From Dimorphilus gyrociliatus (taxonomy: Eukaryota > Animalia > Annelida), in assembly GCA_904063045.1 (NCBI GenBank), contig CAJFCJ010000025.1, forward strand, positions 434,001 to 498,000: 64,000 nucleotides of DNA. Direction: 5' to 3'. This document shows, one piece after another, positions 38,369-52,462 of the stretch. Every line of letters starts with the position of its first letter. Within the stretch, counting starts at the first letter, position 1. Under the pieces are notes generated by a model. It ran no database searches and was not told where the DNA came from. It saw nothing but the letters and a program-made list of their open reading frames with translations. The position numbers and the translations under genes were made by a program.

Positions 38369-41300
38369 CAGTAAATATATTGTATATAGGTTATATGTTA
38401 TAGACGTGTATACAATAAGAAAAGTATCGAACCGTTCCGCCATAATTTACTGTTGCCAAAGGATAGTTTGCTCACACACACCAGAACTAATAAATCCTTT
38501 TTTTTATATTTATTTCCTCAGTTTGACCTTACTAACTGAAATTTTTTATTCCTTTTATTTTTCTATTTATCCTTCTATTATCATCTTAACCCGTTCTCTT
38601 TTTTCTTTCTCTTCAAATTTTACTATGTGTATTGTTTTTCTATCTCTTTTTCTTACTCCCGTTTTGTCTCACCCTCTGCTTTCCCTTTCTCTTTCCCTTT
38701 CTCCTGCCAACTATCAAAAGGGAATGATTTACGAGTATTGACTTTATTCGATCCGCTAGGACTTTTTTTTTGATAGGAACCAAGCGTTACATGACGGAAA
38801 GTTAACAACCAAGAGATTTATCTATTGAAACATATCTGTATATATATTGTATATATTAATATATATATATATATATAACTGTGTTTAACCTCTTTCTAGT
38901 CCTTTAAACGTCACTTAAAAATTCACAAGATTACAAACATGTTCTGTATGTTAAAGAGCCCACTAGGCTTAATTGAATCAAGTTTATTTGCAGGAAGAAG
39001 AAAGATATAAAGAATTTTAGTAATGCTATTATTTACTATTTCAATAAAGAAAACATTACATCTTTATAGTATTTAATATCCGTTTAATTTATTAAGTTAA
39101 TTTATTTAAAAAGATTCTTAACAGCATTTAAAAAGCAAATATATAATTTAAATATATTCTTTATACCTAACCGTAAAGGCAGACATTATTATTAATAGCT
39201 AGCCTTTCATCTTGTATTTTTTACATATATATATATAATATGATCTAAAGAAGACATGTTAATAAAAAGTAGGGAAAGGAGGGAGGGGGGCGAGAGGGGA
39301 AAAAAAGATAATAAAAAAAAAAGAATGCGGATACGAATCAATTTATTCGTTCGGAAAACTTACCCAATTGTTCTATATACACCGTAATTTCTTTCTTTTC
39401 TTTATTGTTTTATGTATTAAATCCAATTTACTATTTTTTATAGAGTTAACGTACTTTCATTTTGTATATTATTGTTTTGTTTTTGTTTTTTTATAAAAAC
39501 AAGAAATTAAATAATAAATGTCCTTGTAAATATTTTTTTTGTCTTTACTTTCCTTGTCCTAAAATAAAAAAAAAAGTTTACAGTTGGTAAGTCGAGCATT
39601 ATTCTTCACTGGTCATTGCATTTCCTGAGATTTATAGAAGAGGATTATAGTCATGCTCAGTTCCACATTAATAGTTTTTTGTTGTGAAAAAAAAATCGAT
39701 TCACTCTATTTTTCATCTTTTTTTTGCTCTGTTTAACAAAAACAACTAAAAATTTATAGAAATAATAAACTCCTGTATTCATAAATCTTTAATTCTTCTC
39801 ATTTATTTATCATCTTCAATGTAGAAAATGATAATGAAAGGAAAAGTCATTTTTAACAGATTCCCTACTTTCTATATAAAATATTTTTTTCTAAAAATGG
39901 GAGAAAAAAAAGGAAATTGTTCACTTAGGCGTAAGAAACAAAATGGATTACAAACAAACACACTTTATTCCAAGATTTAATCTACTTTTTGGCTACTTTT
40001 TTTCCCCAGTATCCAAACAGGAAATAAAAGTTGACGTATAACAAAATATAAGTATGAAGAGGATAGATAGATGGGAGAATGAGAAAGATTGTGAAAAAAT
40101 AAAGGGGAAATGAAGAGACAAAAAGTAAAATTGTAGGAAAAGAGTAAGATATTAAGTTATTAATTATAAGATAAAAATTGCAAATATAGGTTTAAGATGG
40201 AAAATAAACGAAAAAAATACTATAAATAGCTAGATACTATATATGTAAACTATACTATGTATAGTTACTAGTCTTGGCGAAATTTATGTACTATGGATGG
40301 AATGTACTAGATTTAGTATTTAAAGAAAAATGGGAAAGAGGAGAAACGTATAATAAAAGAAAAGTTGAATTATTAAGAAGCGGAGGTGTATATTTGTTAA
40401 TTAGTTAAACAAAGCTCTTAAATATGTAATAGTAGAATAATGTATTTGTGTAACAGTATTTCAAAGCCAATCAACTAATGCAATGTACTAGTTTTATAAT
40501 ATTTCTTCTTTCCCAACTCAAATTTCTCTATTTAGCTATAATTCTATTTTTAGATCTATAAATAATTGTTTTAATATAAATCTATTAAAGAGAGAAATAT
40601 AGAATTTTTATAACTCGAATATTTTTCTAAACAATTAACTATTTATATAAAGTTGAATTTACTAAGTTTTCTTATATTATGCTATTTTATTAAATCAAAG
40701 GGAAAAATTGATGTGATATAAAGGTTATTTCGACGAGTAATATTATGTATTTATTTAATTATTATTATTATCTTGCTCCCTCTTCCTCTTCCTCTTCCTC
40801 ATGCTCTTCTTCTTCTTTTTTCCACTGATTGTTTACTTTCGTTGAAAAAGTTAAAACAAAAAAGACATAACTTCCTCTCTTCCTCTTTTCTTTTTTATAT
40901 ATATTTTAAGTACAATAATACTTTACTCTTTACTTACAATTTGACAGCTTTGAAAGATTAGAGGAAAGATAGTAGTCATTTTAGATGAGGAACTTCAATA
41001 GAATGACTACTTTTGTAAAGAGTACTTGACAAACAAAAGGATAAAAAACGGCTGCTTGAACAGCTGGTTTACGCTGTGTGGTTATGGTAGGTAGGCTTTA
41101 AAAAGAGAAATTGTGGGAAAACAGAGGATAATATTCTAATAGGTTAGGAATAGAAGAATTATGTGTAAAAAATGACGATTTATGTTATTCGATCTTTATG
41201 ACGTGTCCATCAGTTTAATCTAGGGAATTTAAATTAAAGCGAATACTCTATAAAAAAAACTGATCTGTATGCGATAACGAAAAACTCTAGGTCCTTGATG

Positions 41301-43131
41301 TCACGCTTTTCCGATTAATGATAGTTGTTGGAACATTTCCAACAGCCTAATTTAGACGCCTCATCCGGCTAGTTTCACCCCTTAATCCCACAACGTCCCT
41401 AATAGCTAGTCTATGTATTTCAACTTGTTTTTTTTAAAATAACCTATTCTATTGAATTCTCTTGAAAGATTGATAAATTATCTAATGTCCAAATACATAG
41501 ATTTTAAAATGGCGGGTGTTATTGTTAACAGAGATCAACAAATGAGAGAAAAAAAGTGGGAAATTTTTTTGTTTTCTTCTTTTTGTATTCTTACGGTTTT
41601 CTTTTGTCTTTAATTAAATATAAGGAAAAACAAGCTGCTTACGTCGCTTTACGAAATTTCAAGTAAAGTGGGTGATTTCCTTCAAGTGAAAAAAAAACAA
41701 AATCGTTTAATCTTTCGTCTCTCTTTAATTCTTTCTCTATTTCTTTCTCGTTGTATCGATCAAATAATTTATACAAGATTATTTAAATGGTCAATTAACC
41801 TGTTTTATCTTCTTTCCTTCCTTTATCCTCGTCTCTTCGTTGACTTTTTTTTGTCATTTTAATAGCTAAAACAATTTATTATAAGTAAAAAAAAAAGGTT
41901 AATCAATTATATGAAAATGTAATAAAAGAATATAGGATAAAAAAACAATAGTGATATAATAATAATTATTATAATAGCTGGAAAACCTTTTACTTTTCTT
42001 CTACAAGATATTATTTGATTAAAGTAGAAATATATCGAAGAATATCTTAAAATGATGATATATTTCCCTAGAAAGAGTAAGAAGAGTGGTTGGAAAAGAA
42101 TAGCACCCTCAAGTAAAAACAAAATATATATATATCATACAGTAAGTTACAGCTTCTATAAGGAGAAAAAAAACACTTTTTTTTTCGCTGATCTTGCCCT
42201 CTTTTGTAGTTTTAACTTTAACCTTCCACTAGGCAATTTGTACGCATGAGAAGGGGAGAAAAGTGCGATATCCACTAGTCAAATAGATATTTGTTTACAT
42301 GATTTTTTTTTCCTTTTTCTATATTATACGCTTTCTTTTCAATTTTATACATTTTCAACTAATTGTTGACCTAAATATTAACTATTTAATAATAGACGCC
42401 ATTGGTTTTGCGTTTCTTTTTTAATTAATGAAGTTAATATTTATTTGTTCAATATCCATTCGATATGATTATATTTTTTACTGAAAAATATCAATTTAAA
42501 ATTGTGTATTGTAAACTAAAACGCTTCTTCTCTTTGCCTAAGAAAAATGTCTATAATATGCACTATATATACTATTTTTACAAATTATCAATAGGTATGT
42601 TATAAACTATATGATTTGTAAATTTTCTCTGTTTTCTTTACCTAATACTTTTAAAAATCAAATTATAACGTGAAACTGAAGAGGTGAAAGGATTGGAAAA
42701 AGTGTGAAGTGGGTGGAATAGGAGAGCTGCGGGATTATATTATACAGTATATAAACACTTGAAGGTAAGAGAGATAGAATGATAGATAGATAGATGGATA
42801 GATCGGCGGCGGAGAAAAGCATATTATAGAAAGTATGAAAAGAGAAACGCTTACAACTTTATACAGATACAATGAGATAGGAAGAGAGGCTTCTTTTTCT
42901 ATATCCCCATCAAAGTCTACCTAGCTTATTACTACAAGTGTAAATTTACTATGAATTGGTCAGAAGGCCTATACTCAAAACGAATAATATCTGATAATAA
43001 ATGATAAAGATTTTAATAAATTATGCATAAACTAAGCATTTGTACGTAAAAGGAAAATATTACAGGTTTTCAAATGCATCTATCAACGCTAGACGTCGCT
43101 GTTCTAGACATCAACTGTCTCATTCGTCGAA

Positions 43132-44376
43132 ATGGAGGCTAACATTAACACCAATAATTCTGCCAACTGGATTCAATTATGTACTACAAGAGAAGTGGAT
43201 ACAATTCACAGGAGTGACAATGACAAGTTATACCTTGAAGCCGAAAAGTTTGTTGACAAACTTATACCGACTATATGTCTTTTCGGAATTGTTGGAAATC
43301 TCTTGAATATAATTGTATTAACTCGGAAGCAACTGCAAAGTGTTATGGATCGACTGGAAAAATCAGCCCACGATGGACTTTTAGCTTTATCCGTTAGCGA
43401 TCTATGCTATTGTTTGTCAAGTTTCCCATTATATTTACAAACTGATTCCAATAAGTATACGCATATGTTTATGGAAAATTCGTTCATGGTTTACTATTCA
43501 ATGTACAAAGGTTACGTATTCAATGTGTTTATGATGTGCAGTGCCTGGCTGACTATTGTTATGGCTGCAAGTAGGTATGTTGCAGTTTGTCACGCTTTAC
43601 AAGCGAGAAGAGTAATCTCCGTAAAGTGTACAAGAATAGCCATCATACTGTGTTTCGTTGTGTCATCGGTTTTCAATACTCCAGATTTATTCGGTGTTAA
43701 ACGATACAAATGTCATCCACCAATTAACTGTACATGTTATTTTGTTGATTATCCTAATCCTTTCGGAAGCAAAATGATCCATAAAGCATATATTTACCTT
43801 CAGCCTATCTTAATTACTTTTATACCTCTATGTATTTTGTTAGTGTGTAATATCTTTCTACTTATAGAATTAAAAAGATCAGCAAGAATGAGGCGTCTAC
43901 ACGTCATACAAGCAACATCTTCGACTCCTAGGTTGAGAGTAACCTTGACTTTAATCTCTATTATTTTGCTCTTTATTTGTTTCGTCTTTCCTTCGGAAGT
44001 TTTTAAATTTTTGAAATCTGAACCTCAAGTGCATCAAAAGTTCGATAATTCAAAACATATTGCCAATACTATATGTAATGGGATGGTGGCCGTCAATTTC
44101 TCCGCAAACTTCTTCCTCTACTGTTTTGTTAATCCAAACTTTAGGAGTACAATGAGAAACATGCTATGCGGTAGATTAAAGCAGAGTAACGGAATTTATA
44201 GTGGAGTTGGTGGTCATACAATAATAGCCACTTCAATGACAGAAGTAAATGCCATAGGTATAAGAAAAGTAAAAGGAAGCGGAGGGATAGGAGGAGGTGG
44301 AGGAGTAGCAGGAGGAGGAGGAGGGGGAGGAGGAAGTGATAAATGTGAAATGACACTATTGCCCAAGAGTCTCTAA
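43132..44376 (+). CDS. Intronless class A GPCR, FMRFamide/sex-peptide-receptor-like neuropeptide receptor, 414 aa
   Basis: Seven hydrophobic segments. GIVGNLLNIIVL (TM1), LSVSDL (TM2), AASRYVAVCH (SRY for DRY), FIPLCILLVCN (TM5), NFSANFFLYC (TM7). Gly-rich C-tail. Confidence 0.92.
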   Translation: MEANINTNNSANWIQLCTTREVDTIHRSDNDKLYLEAEKFVDKLIPTICLFGIVGNLLNIIVLTRKQLQSVMDRLEKSAHDGLLALSVSDLCYCLSSFPLYLQTDSNKYTHMFMENSFMVYYSMYKGYVFNVFMMCSAWLTIVMAASRYVAVCHALQARRVISVKCTRIAIILCFVVSSVFNTPDLFGVKRYKCHPPINCTCYFVDYPNPFGSKMIHKAYIYLQPILITFIPLCILLVCNIFLLIELKRSARMRRLHVIQATSSTPRLRVTLTLISIILLFICFVFPSEVFKFLKSEPQVHQKFDNSKHIANTICNGMVAVNFSANFFLYCFVNPNFRSTMRNMLCGRLKQSNGIYSGVGGHTIIATSMTEVNAIGIRKVKGSGGIGGGGGVAGGGGGGGGSDKCEMTLLPKSL

Positions 44377-46385
44377 AGAAGATTAAAAAAAATTAAAAAT
44401 AACTTTTTCAAATAAACAAACAAACTGTATGAGAAGAACAGAAAAGTTATGCTTTGTATAACAAACTATTAGTATATATTTATATATATTTTGTTCGTTT
44501 TTCTCGTTGTCCGGTGATGCAGAAGCAATGTATAATGAACAGTATTTTTTTCCGTTCTCTTTTTATACAAAACAATATACAAATGTATAAAATTTTCATT
44601 CAAATCTATGCAATTTATTGCATAAACACTAATATATATATATATATATATATAAATATATATCATTCTTGGAAGCTAAATAAGATTAACTAACTAATTT
44701 AGGTAGAAATCAAAATGGCACAAATTCTTACGAAAGAGGCTGGAAAGGGAGAACATCATTAATAGTAATATCCTATTAAAAAGCTGTGTTTCTCGAGGCT
44801 TTCTTGAGGATTTACTCTCTTCAATTTCACACCTTTTCATTTCCGTTTTTTCTATAAATATACTACATAACAGATATATATATATACATATACTGTTTAT
44901 ATATACCGTATATAGTATATACGTATGCGTGTGTTTCCTACAATCTCCTTTCATGGACTAGAGTGTATACATATTAACTTTCTTTCATCATTTTATTTAG
45001 GTCATTATTATTTTATTTAGGAAAAATCTACGAGAGGACAATATAAAACAAATGATGCTAGCTGCGAATGACATTTGTAATTGATTTGCCTCTAAATTCC
45101 AACTTATCGATTCATTTCAGTTCCTCTGTCAAACTAATAACTATCGACGGACGGTAAGATTTAAATGATTTATCACTATACTTTCTTTTGTCTTCAAAAC
45201 AAATTACTGGCCTTCTTCCTTATCTTTCCACTACAATTTTTACGATGTGGATCGCTTTCGGTAGTTGTTCTCATTAGCCCTTCAATTCTCCACCAACTAA
45301 TAATGAAATTGCAACCGAGATCAACAAGATCCTTTCATTCCATTTGAACCTGCCGAAACCCCATCATCCAGTTTAACTTGCACGAAGAATCTACTAATAA
45401 GAGCACAAGAGAAGCGTTCTCTGTTGCACTTGCCAAGAAAAAGGATCTCCTTGTATTGTCTTAATATATGAAAGGATGATAGAAAAGACAAAAAAGATCA
45501 TGTCTATTCTTTTCGCTCTTTAGAGTAAAAAAGAAAAAATGAGGAATTTATACTGTAAAAACTATTTATTTCATAAGGGAATTTCTTTTTACCATTTTCC
45601 CTATTAGCATTTTATATCGCTTAAAGGAATTTCCTTCAGAAAAAGCCCCAATATTGTTTAAGGGAATCCGCTAAAATTGGAAAAAGGAGAGTGTTTTAAG
45701 AAATTTCTTCTTTCCAAATATATATATATTTTATATAAATATATACTTTACTCCTTACTTATGCATTTATTATAGTTAAGCCCCTGGAATAAAGGCGAAA
45801 TAAAAGAGTGGTTCCTGTCTAAAAATAGCCCGTTAAGCCTAAATCTATGTGATTACAACCTAGAAAATTGTATTTATAACCTCTTAAAAAATCTCTGACA
45901 CTATTTACCTTTTCATTAACTTTTTCAACATTATTTTTACCGCCCACTCGTTGATGGAACACTTCAGTACTCATAAAGATTTTTCGCCATGTTAACACGC
46001 TGTATACAAAGTATATATATATCCATAAATAAATATATGTACAATGTACTCTCACATAATAAGCAACAAGTTTTTATAAATGTATGCATTAACTCGTTTA
46101 CAAACTTGCTTATGCATATAATTTTATTAAAAATCATGTTTTAAAAAAAGAACCTTTTGTTTGTTTATGCAAATATATCTTAGCAGTCATGTCTATTGAA
46201 TATGGATAGAACACGCTTCAATATACAAAAGCCATTTCTATTAGCTTTTGTTCATCTTTATTTTACTGTTTTGCTATGTATATTACTATATTCTTTAAAA
46301 AATTACACTAGACTTCTTTCTTTTACATTTCTTTCTCCTCCTCTTGCCCTCTCTTTATTAGCCCTCTACATCTTCTTTCTTTCTT

Positions 46386-46439
<54 letters not shown>

Positions 46440-46961
46440 GCTCACCCTTCATTTACTCATTCTCTCTTCTGTTTCTTTAAACTCTCCGATATTTTTTCAG
46501 AATTATAGAGGTACAAGCCTATAATCTCCTAAATATCTCTCCATCTTCGAATATTCAGTATTTATAAACTGTAACATAAATTTTATATAGAAACGTTACT
46601 TTAATAACGTCTTTACATAGACATAGAAACTATATGAAGAATACAATATATAAAACCTATATACACATATATATTATATATTTTTAATATTGCTTTATGA
46701 ATCAACCTTAGTAATGAATTAATTATTTATTAAATCGATATAAAGAGTAAAACGTGGTTTATATTGCATATTGGATATGGTTAATGGGTTTTTTAAAGAA
46801 AATATCAACAAGAAAAACCTTTTTTTGTCAAACTACTTAAATCTACATAACATTTGTCCTGAGGTTCCTTAGGAATCAACTCTTTATAGGTTCTTGTTCG
46901 TGAATTTACCCTACGTGTTTTTTCCTTTTCCTTTTTCCCAAAATCTCCTTCATCTCTCTCT

Positions 46962-46965
<4 letters not shown>

Positions 46966-47031
<66 letters not shown>
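46966..47031 (+). repeat. (CT)~33 microsatellite followed by CA/CT repeats
   Basis: Direct reading. Confidence 0.95.
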
Positions 47032-47033
<2 letters not shown>

Positions 47034-48002
47034 ACACACACACACTCTCTCACTCTCTCACTCTTTCATATGTAGTTTAATCTCCTGCTTACCATAGCAA
47101 AAATTTGTTTTTCTGATACTCGACCAATATCTAGTTCTTTCTAGGAACCTCGATTAAAAGAGCCTTAATCTTTACAACTTATACCTAATTCTCTTAAGTC
47201 AGAGCACGCTATATTTAGTTTGATAATTTCCTATATTTATTTTTTTTTGTCATAATATCTTACAAACTAGACCCATTGAAAAGGAGTATAATAAAAATTT
47301 TAACCTTGGCCGACTTAGACCATAATCTTTGGTAAATTGACCAACTCACATCCTATTAAATGTAAGTAAAGCTTGCTTAAATAAGTCTTAGGTATTGTGC
47401 GTATGCAGTACATTCAGTAAGTATCCTATATATAGCTTCCTATAATAATTCATTATTGCTTATTTTCAGTTTTAATAATTTGTATTCATTTTAAATTTAA
47501 TTATTGTATAGAATTGACGACTCTCCATATTCAGACAGCTGCTTACGCCTTCAGTATGACGTAAGATATCTGTCTAAGTCATCAATATTTCATGCTAAAG
47601 AGGAATTGACGTATGAAGTGAACTCATGGGGACATTAAAATGTACGTATAGGCCTATCGAAGGTTACTAAATCTATCTTCATCATTTAATGTGTTCCAAA
47701 TGCGGCTACTATGACAGAGCTAAGCATATTCTGTAATTAATTGTGATTATATTGAACATTTGCACGTCAATTTTTATAATCACAAATCAAAAAAAGATTT
47801 ATCAACTCCTGCCAAACTCTCCTTCCTGTAGTTCTTTTTTTTTTATTTGTTTATTTTCTTGTATTTACTTTATACATTTATAATGTTGGCTATGAATGTC
47901 ATAATTAATTTTTTCCTTTCCTCCCCCCTTTTCTTATCATCCTTACGCACACATACATACTTGAGAAAACTATCACGTTAACTCTCCCTCTCTTTCCCCC
48001 CC

Positions 48003-48033
<31 letters not shown>

Positions 48034-48674
48034 TTCTCTTTCTATCTCTCCATCCTCACCTTCCTTCACTTGACCACACTCTGACCTCTTTTCTTTATCA
48101 CTTGTGACGCCATCTGTGGGCATCTATCTGGAAAACAAGCTTAAACCTGAGAACAAAGAGACCAATGTAGATAAAAGAATTAAGTAATACTTTTAGTCTT
48201 CTCTATGTTATACTTATTGGAAGATGAACATTATTATAAGAATCTTATTGGTAATGATTGCAGAATTCTTTAACGTTTTTACACATTATCTGCTGCAAAT
48301 TTAAACAAATTACATTTTGCTATTATTTATTATTTATATTAATTGTAGACTAGGTCGCATTGAGATTCATTAAGTAGATATTAGATACAGTTAATCAACT
48401 CTACATAATAACAACAAGAAAATACTTTTTGCAATTTTTGTATAAGTGCTATGTACTCTTTGTCTTACACATAGTTTATTAATCAATCAAAAAGTCATAG
48501 TTTCCTACTATTACGGGTACATTGAAGTTAACTTGGTAAATAAATGATAATTTTATTTTTACGAACCAGAATGACAAGTTTACACTTGAAAAACGTCAAC
48601 CTAATCATCTATAAATAGAATGGGCTTTTAGAATATCCGAAAGATGGCGCTGTGTTTAGCTCACTGAGCTCAAC

Positions 48675-48682
48675 ATGCAAAT
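48675..48682 (+). promoter_or_regulatory. Octamer ATGCAAAT upstream of U1, possible snRNA distal element
   Basis: Perfect octamer 72 nt upstream of the U1 start. Octamers are known snRNA enhancer components, though usually further upstream. Confidence 0.4.
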
Positions 48683-48746
48683 CAACCACGAAGTAGACTG
48701 CACACTAAACGGCGAAATATAGACCGCTCACTGACACCAGAAAAGC

Positions 48747-48911
48747 ATACTTACCTGGCAGGGGGAATCGCCGCGATCATGAAGGCGGCTTCCTCAGACT
48801 GAGGCCTTTCCATTGCACTCCGGATTGGTTGACGTCTGCGATCATCTCACATTGAGATGACTCGACTGTACAATTTTTGTTAGTGGGAGATCAGCGTTCG
48901 CGCGGTCTCCT
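48747..48911 (+). ncRNA. U1: U1 spliceosomal snRNA
   Basis: 5' ATACTTACCTGG, stem-loop I GCCGC-GATCATGAAG-GCGGC, U1A loop ATTGCACTCC, stem-loop III TCATCTC/GAGATGA, Sm site AATTTTTG, terminal GCG-TTCG-CGC hairpin; ~165 nt. Confidence 0.98.
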
Positions 48912-51527
48912 TAAAATTAATAGTAAAACCGTCGGACAGGACAGAGCAGCACGTTCTCATGGCGTGCAGAGTTATTTTGCTCATTAGCCTTTCTACGTTC
49001 TTGTGATCTGCAATTTCTGGTTAACAAGTAAAGCGTGTCATGATTAGCGAAGCAACAAAGAAAAGGAGTCTGGACATTTTTTCATAATCCAATAAGAAGC
49101 GAGCACTGAAATATCCACTTCAGCTGGTGTTCACAAAGGATGTGTTATGTATAGCGTAGTTTTAATGTTAAAAAGTTAGGGTAAACGATAATTGAATCCT
49201 GTATCACGTAGGTATCTAAAGAACAAAAGGTAAGATATATTTGTTAATTCATCAGTAGCTTTCAATTTTTCAGATATTGTCTCGCATTATAAGAACAATT
49301 AATGAGCGATATTCAGGTTTTATCTATCTTTTCCTTTAGAACATTTCGTTAATTTCACTTTCCTCTTGTAAAGATGAATATATAATTAAGTACTTATGGT
49401 GTATTCAGAACACGATTTTCGGAGCGTTTACCTTCATTAGTTCCATTAAAAAGCTTAGTTGGAGGTCTTATCATAAAATAGAACGGCCTTATGATCGAAA
49501 CTCTTTGAAGAAATGACATTTCCTTATGAAATTTACTAATGGATTAGTTACTTAAAAGAAATCCACTTGGGCCTATGATATTTTATTTAAGTTATTTAAT
49601 TTCCGGTCGAAATGCAATTTTTGCGAAGAAACGTAGAAGAGAAATGAATGTTTGCTTGAGTTTATTATTTTCTCTGGAAATAGACAAACAGACAGGTCAA
49701 GTACCTGATGTAATAATCTAGTCAAAGAGATTCTTCACAGTTTTTCCAACATCGCTACAACTTTGACTTTTACTTGTATATTAATTTTTTTTTCGAAAGA
49801 GAGAGAGAGAGAGAGAGAGAAAGCCAGAGGCGTCTCTTTTTATACCTCTTTATATATGCCATATAGTATGCCTATAAATTTTTCTGCTGCTTTTCTCTTC
49901 TCTTTTAGCTTTCTTTGATTATCATACAAGTATATATATATAGATCTATAAAGAAAGTAGGCAAGTGTGAATGCAGTTTCTTCTCATTTCAATCTCTTTC
50001 TTTAAGTCATTTTTGCTTAACAATAAAGCAACACTCGAATTTGACGCTTATAAGGTATATGACATCCGCTAACACTCCCCTTTTTATTAATTACTGCTAT
50101 TATTCTGTTTCTACTTTTCTTTGGTATTACTTAGTCGCTAGATGGGGTTGTCAGAATGAAATGCTAGCAATTTTGTCTCCCAATTAGAGCAACTATCTGA
50201 ATCCTATATGAGACTTTGACTTATTCTATACTTCCTCTCAATACTCAAGAGTATCATTGTCATATTTTGGCTCGTGAGGGAGTGCGATGATAGCACAAAA
50301 GCTGATCTCCTTAAGAAGGCATCTTTGCTATATATAAATATACTGTATATATGTGTGCAGTTTCACAGCTCTCATATGCGTACATACTGAAATTGTTTCT
50401 AATAGGAATAAATATAGTGTATGAATAGGATAATAATAGTAAAAGAAATCATAAGTGACAAGTATTTACCTTTCTTTTTTCCCTTATATTTTTTTCTATT
50501 TGGAGAGATGTTGCTTAAATAGAAAACGGAGAAAACTAGTAATTAATTAATTAATTAATCGACTTTATTCTTTTTAAATAGGTTGAAAATGGAGCATACC
50601 TTTTTCTTAAAGCTTATTTTAGAGTATTAAATTTATCTGTTTAGCTATTATTTATAGGAGAATATTTAATACATATGCTCTCTTTCTTCTTCTTCTGTTC
50701 CATCATTCTTTCTTTTCCATTTCACTATACATGCAATGTTGACTATTATTTTAGCTATATATTACAGGTATAAGTCTATGAAAGTTTCTTGTTTTTTACC
50801 TATTAGAGAGTAAAAATGTACATATCTTCTTTCCCTTTTGCCCTTTTATTAATTTACTTAGTTAGTATTTTTATTTTTTCAATTAGATCTATTGCTAATA
50901 TATTTTTATTATTACTACTTCAATTATAAAATAACTCATAAGAGAGAGAGAGAAATAGAACAAAAGATCAAGGCTTATTATGCACTACATTATGCGAATC
51001 ATGTTTTTTTTTGACAATAGATGTCGCTGGTATTAATATACTGGGTGCGCCCCCTATCATAGGGTTCTTTTTTGTTCTTCTGATCAATCTTCTTGGACGT
51101 TAATGAAAACGTCAGAATGTATTATATTTGGGAAGCGTTTATGCAATTTCTAGAATATGCTTATTCCTTATTTGGTGGAGCCTCCTTGTTAGAAGTGTTA
51201 GTAGTGTTTATATAATTATTAAATGATGATGGTGATTGCCAAGCATTAAAGGCCCCTTTGATTAGATGATAAAATAAAACAGCGTAACGTATTAGTCTAA
51301 TTAGAGATATGGTTTGTTAATAAATGGAAAAATCAGAGAAAAATTGTTAGATTTTCAAAGATAACTCAATGAAATTAGGAAACCTGAAACGTTTTCTTAA
51401 TTAATCGATTTACGCATACAGTTGAGAGAGCGGCGTACATTATGCACGGATCTGTGACGTAATAGAGATTCCTTTTTGCAGTTGCTCCCCCTCGCTCGTT
51501 CCGTTGGCCTGAATCTTTGACTCAAAC

Positions 51528-51570
51528 CTGATGAGGTGAGCAAAGTTTTAGGTGACCGAAACGAGGCGTC
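51528..51570 (+). ncRNA. Hammerhead-ribozyme-like core, probably degenerate
   Basis: CTGATGA (51528), GGT..ACC stem II, GAAA (51558), ACG-agg-CGT stem III, GTC triplet. Stem I does not pair canonically. Confidence 0.3.
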
Positions 51571-52074
51571 TATTCTTCAAATTAATACAATCTTTCCTCT
51601 ACCGCCTAATCCTAACTTATTTATTATTGGTGTCAGTATTATTGTGTTATGGACTAGGAATTACGGAAAGAGAGATAGAATAAGACTAGAGAGGCCTTAA
51701 TCAGAGGATTCGAAGGAAATAGAATCATTCGCCTAGTTTGATTATGAGAGCCAATCATCGGTTTTAGCAGCTGGAATCGAAAAATCTATTCCCTTAGCCA
51801 ACTTTACAATTCGATCTAGTAGGGATTTCGCTTTTCCCCTTCAAAATTAAGTACGAACAAGCTCAAACCTTATCCTCCCCCCCCCCCACCCTTCTCCCAA
51901 TGTTCCATGCTGCTATTCGTGTCTCAGATATTATGTTATTATAACTGTTACTATTTTTATTATCATCATTATCATATCTCCAATTTTCTTTTTTAAAAAT
52001 ATTCATTATATTTCAGAAAATATCGACAACTTAATATAGCATGATTAATTTTAAGAGATTTATACCTCAAAAGC

Positions 52075-52462
52075 CCACCAGATGGCGGAAGGGAGTCGTT
52101 AAGTTCCGTAGCCTTCGTATCGCATTTGTCTGTAAACCCTTATTTATCGTAAATTTAAAACCATCACCAGAATTTAAGGGGTTTGATCCATTTTTTGATA
52201 TCTTTTGGCATATCCTTAATATATTGTATAAATGTTACTTTTTCATTAATTTTCTTGGGCGTTTCTTTCGTGGGCGTTGAATCGTCGAGTAGATGCTTTA
52301 AATAAATGGTTTATAAATAAGCTAATTCTAATCATCCGATCGAACTTCTAAAATCGCATTTAGATGGCGCTGAATGTGAAAAAAAAGCTTATCCTGAGTT
52401 GAAAGAAGATAAATAGTAAATTTTTTTAAGTAGATTTCTTAGAATTTACTAGCGCCACCTGA
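52075..52462. promoter_or_regulatory. Cluster of three CTCF-like motifs
   Basis: CCACCAGATGGCGG 52075 (+), TAGATGGCGCTG 52361 (+), TCAGGTGGCGCTAGT 52448-52462 (-). Confidence 0.5.

Noticed and set aside
41326-41344. TGTTGGAA-cat-TTCCAACA hairpin, and other short inverted repeats (9097, 14769, 38709)
   Set aside because: Short isolated palindromes are expected by chance in 64 kb.
48861-48872. U1 Sm site AATTTTTG and loop I GATCATGAAG differ from human U1
   Set aside because: Within normal invertebrate U1 variation; the stems show compensatory changes, so this is not a pseudogene or variant signal.
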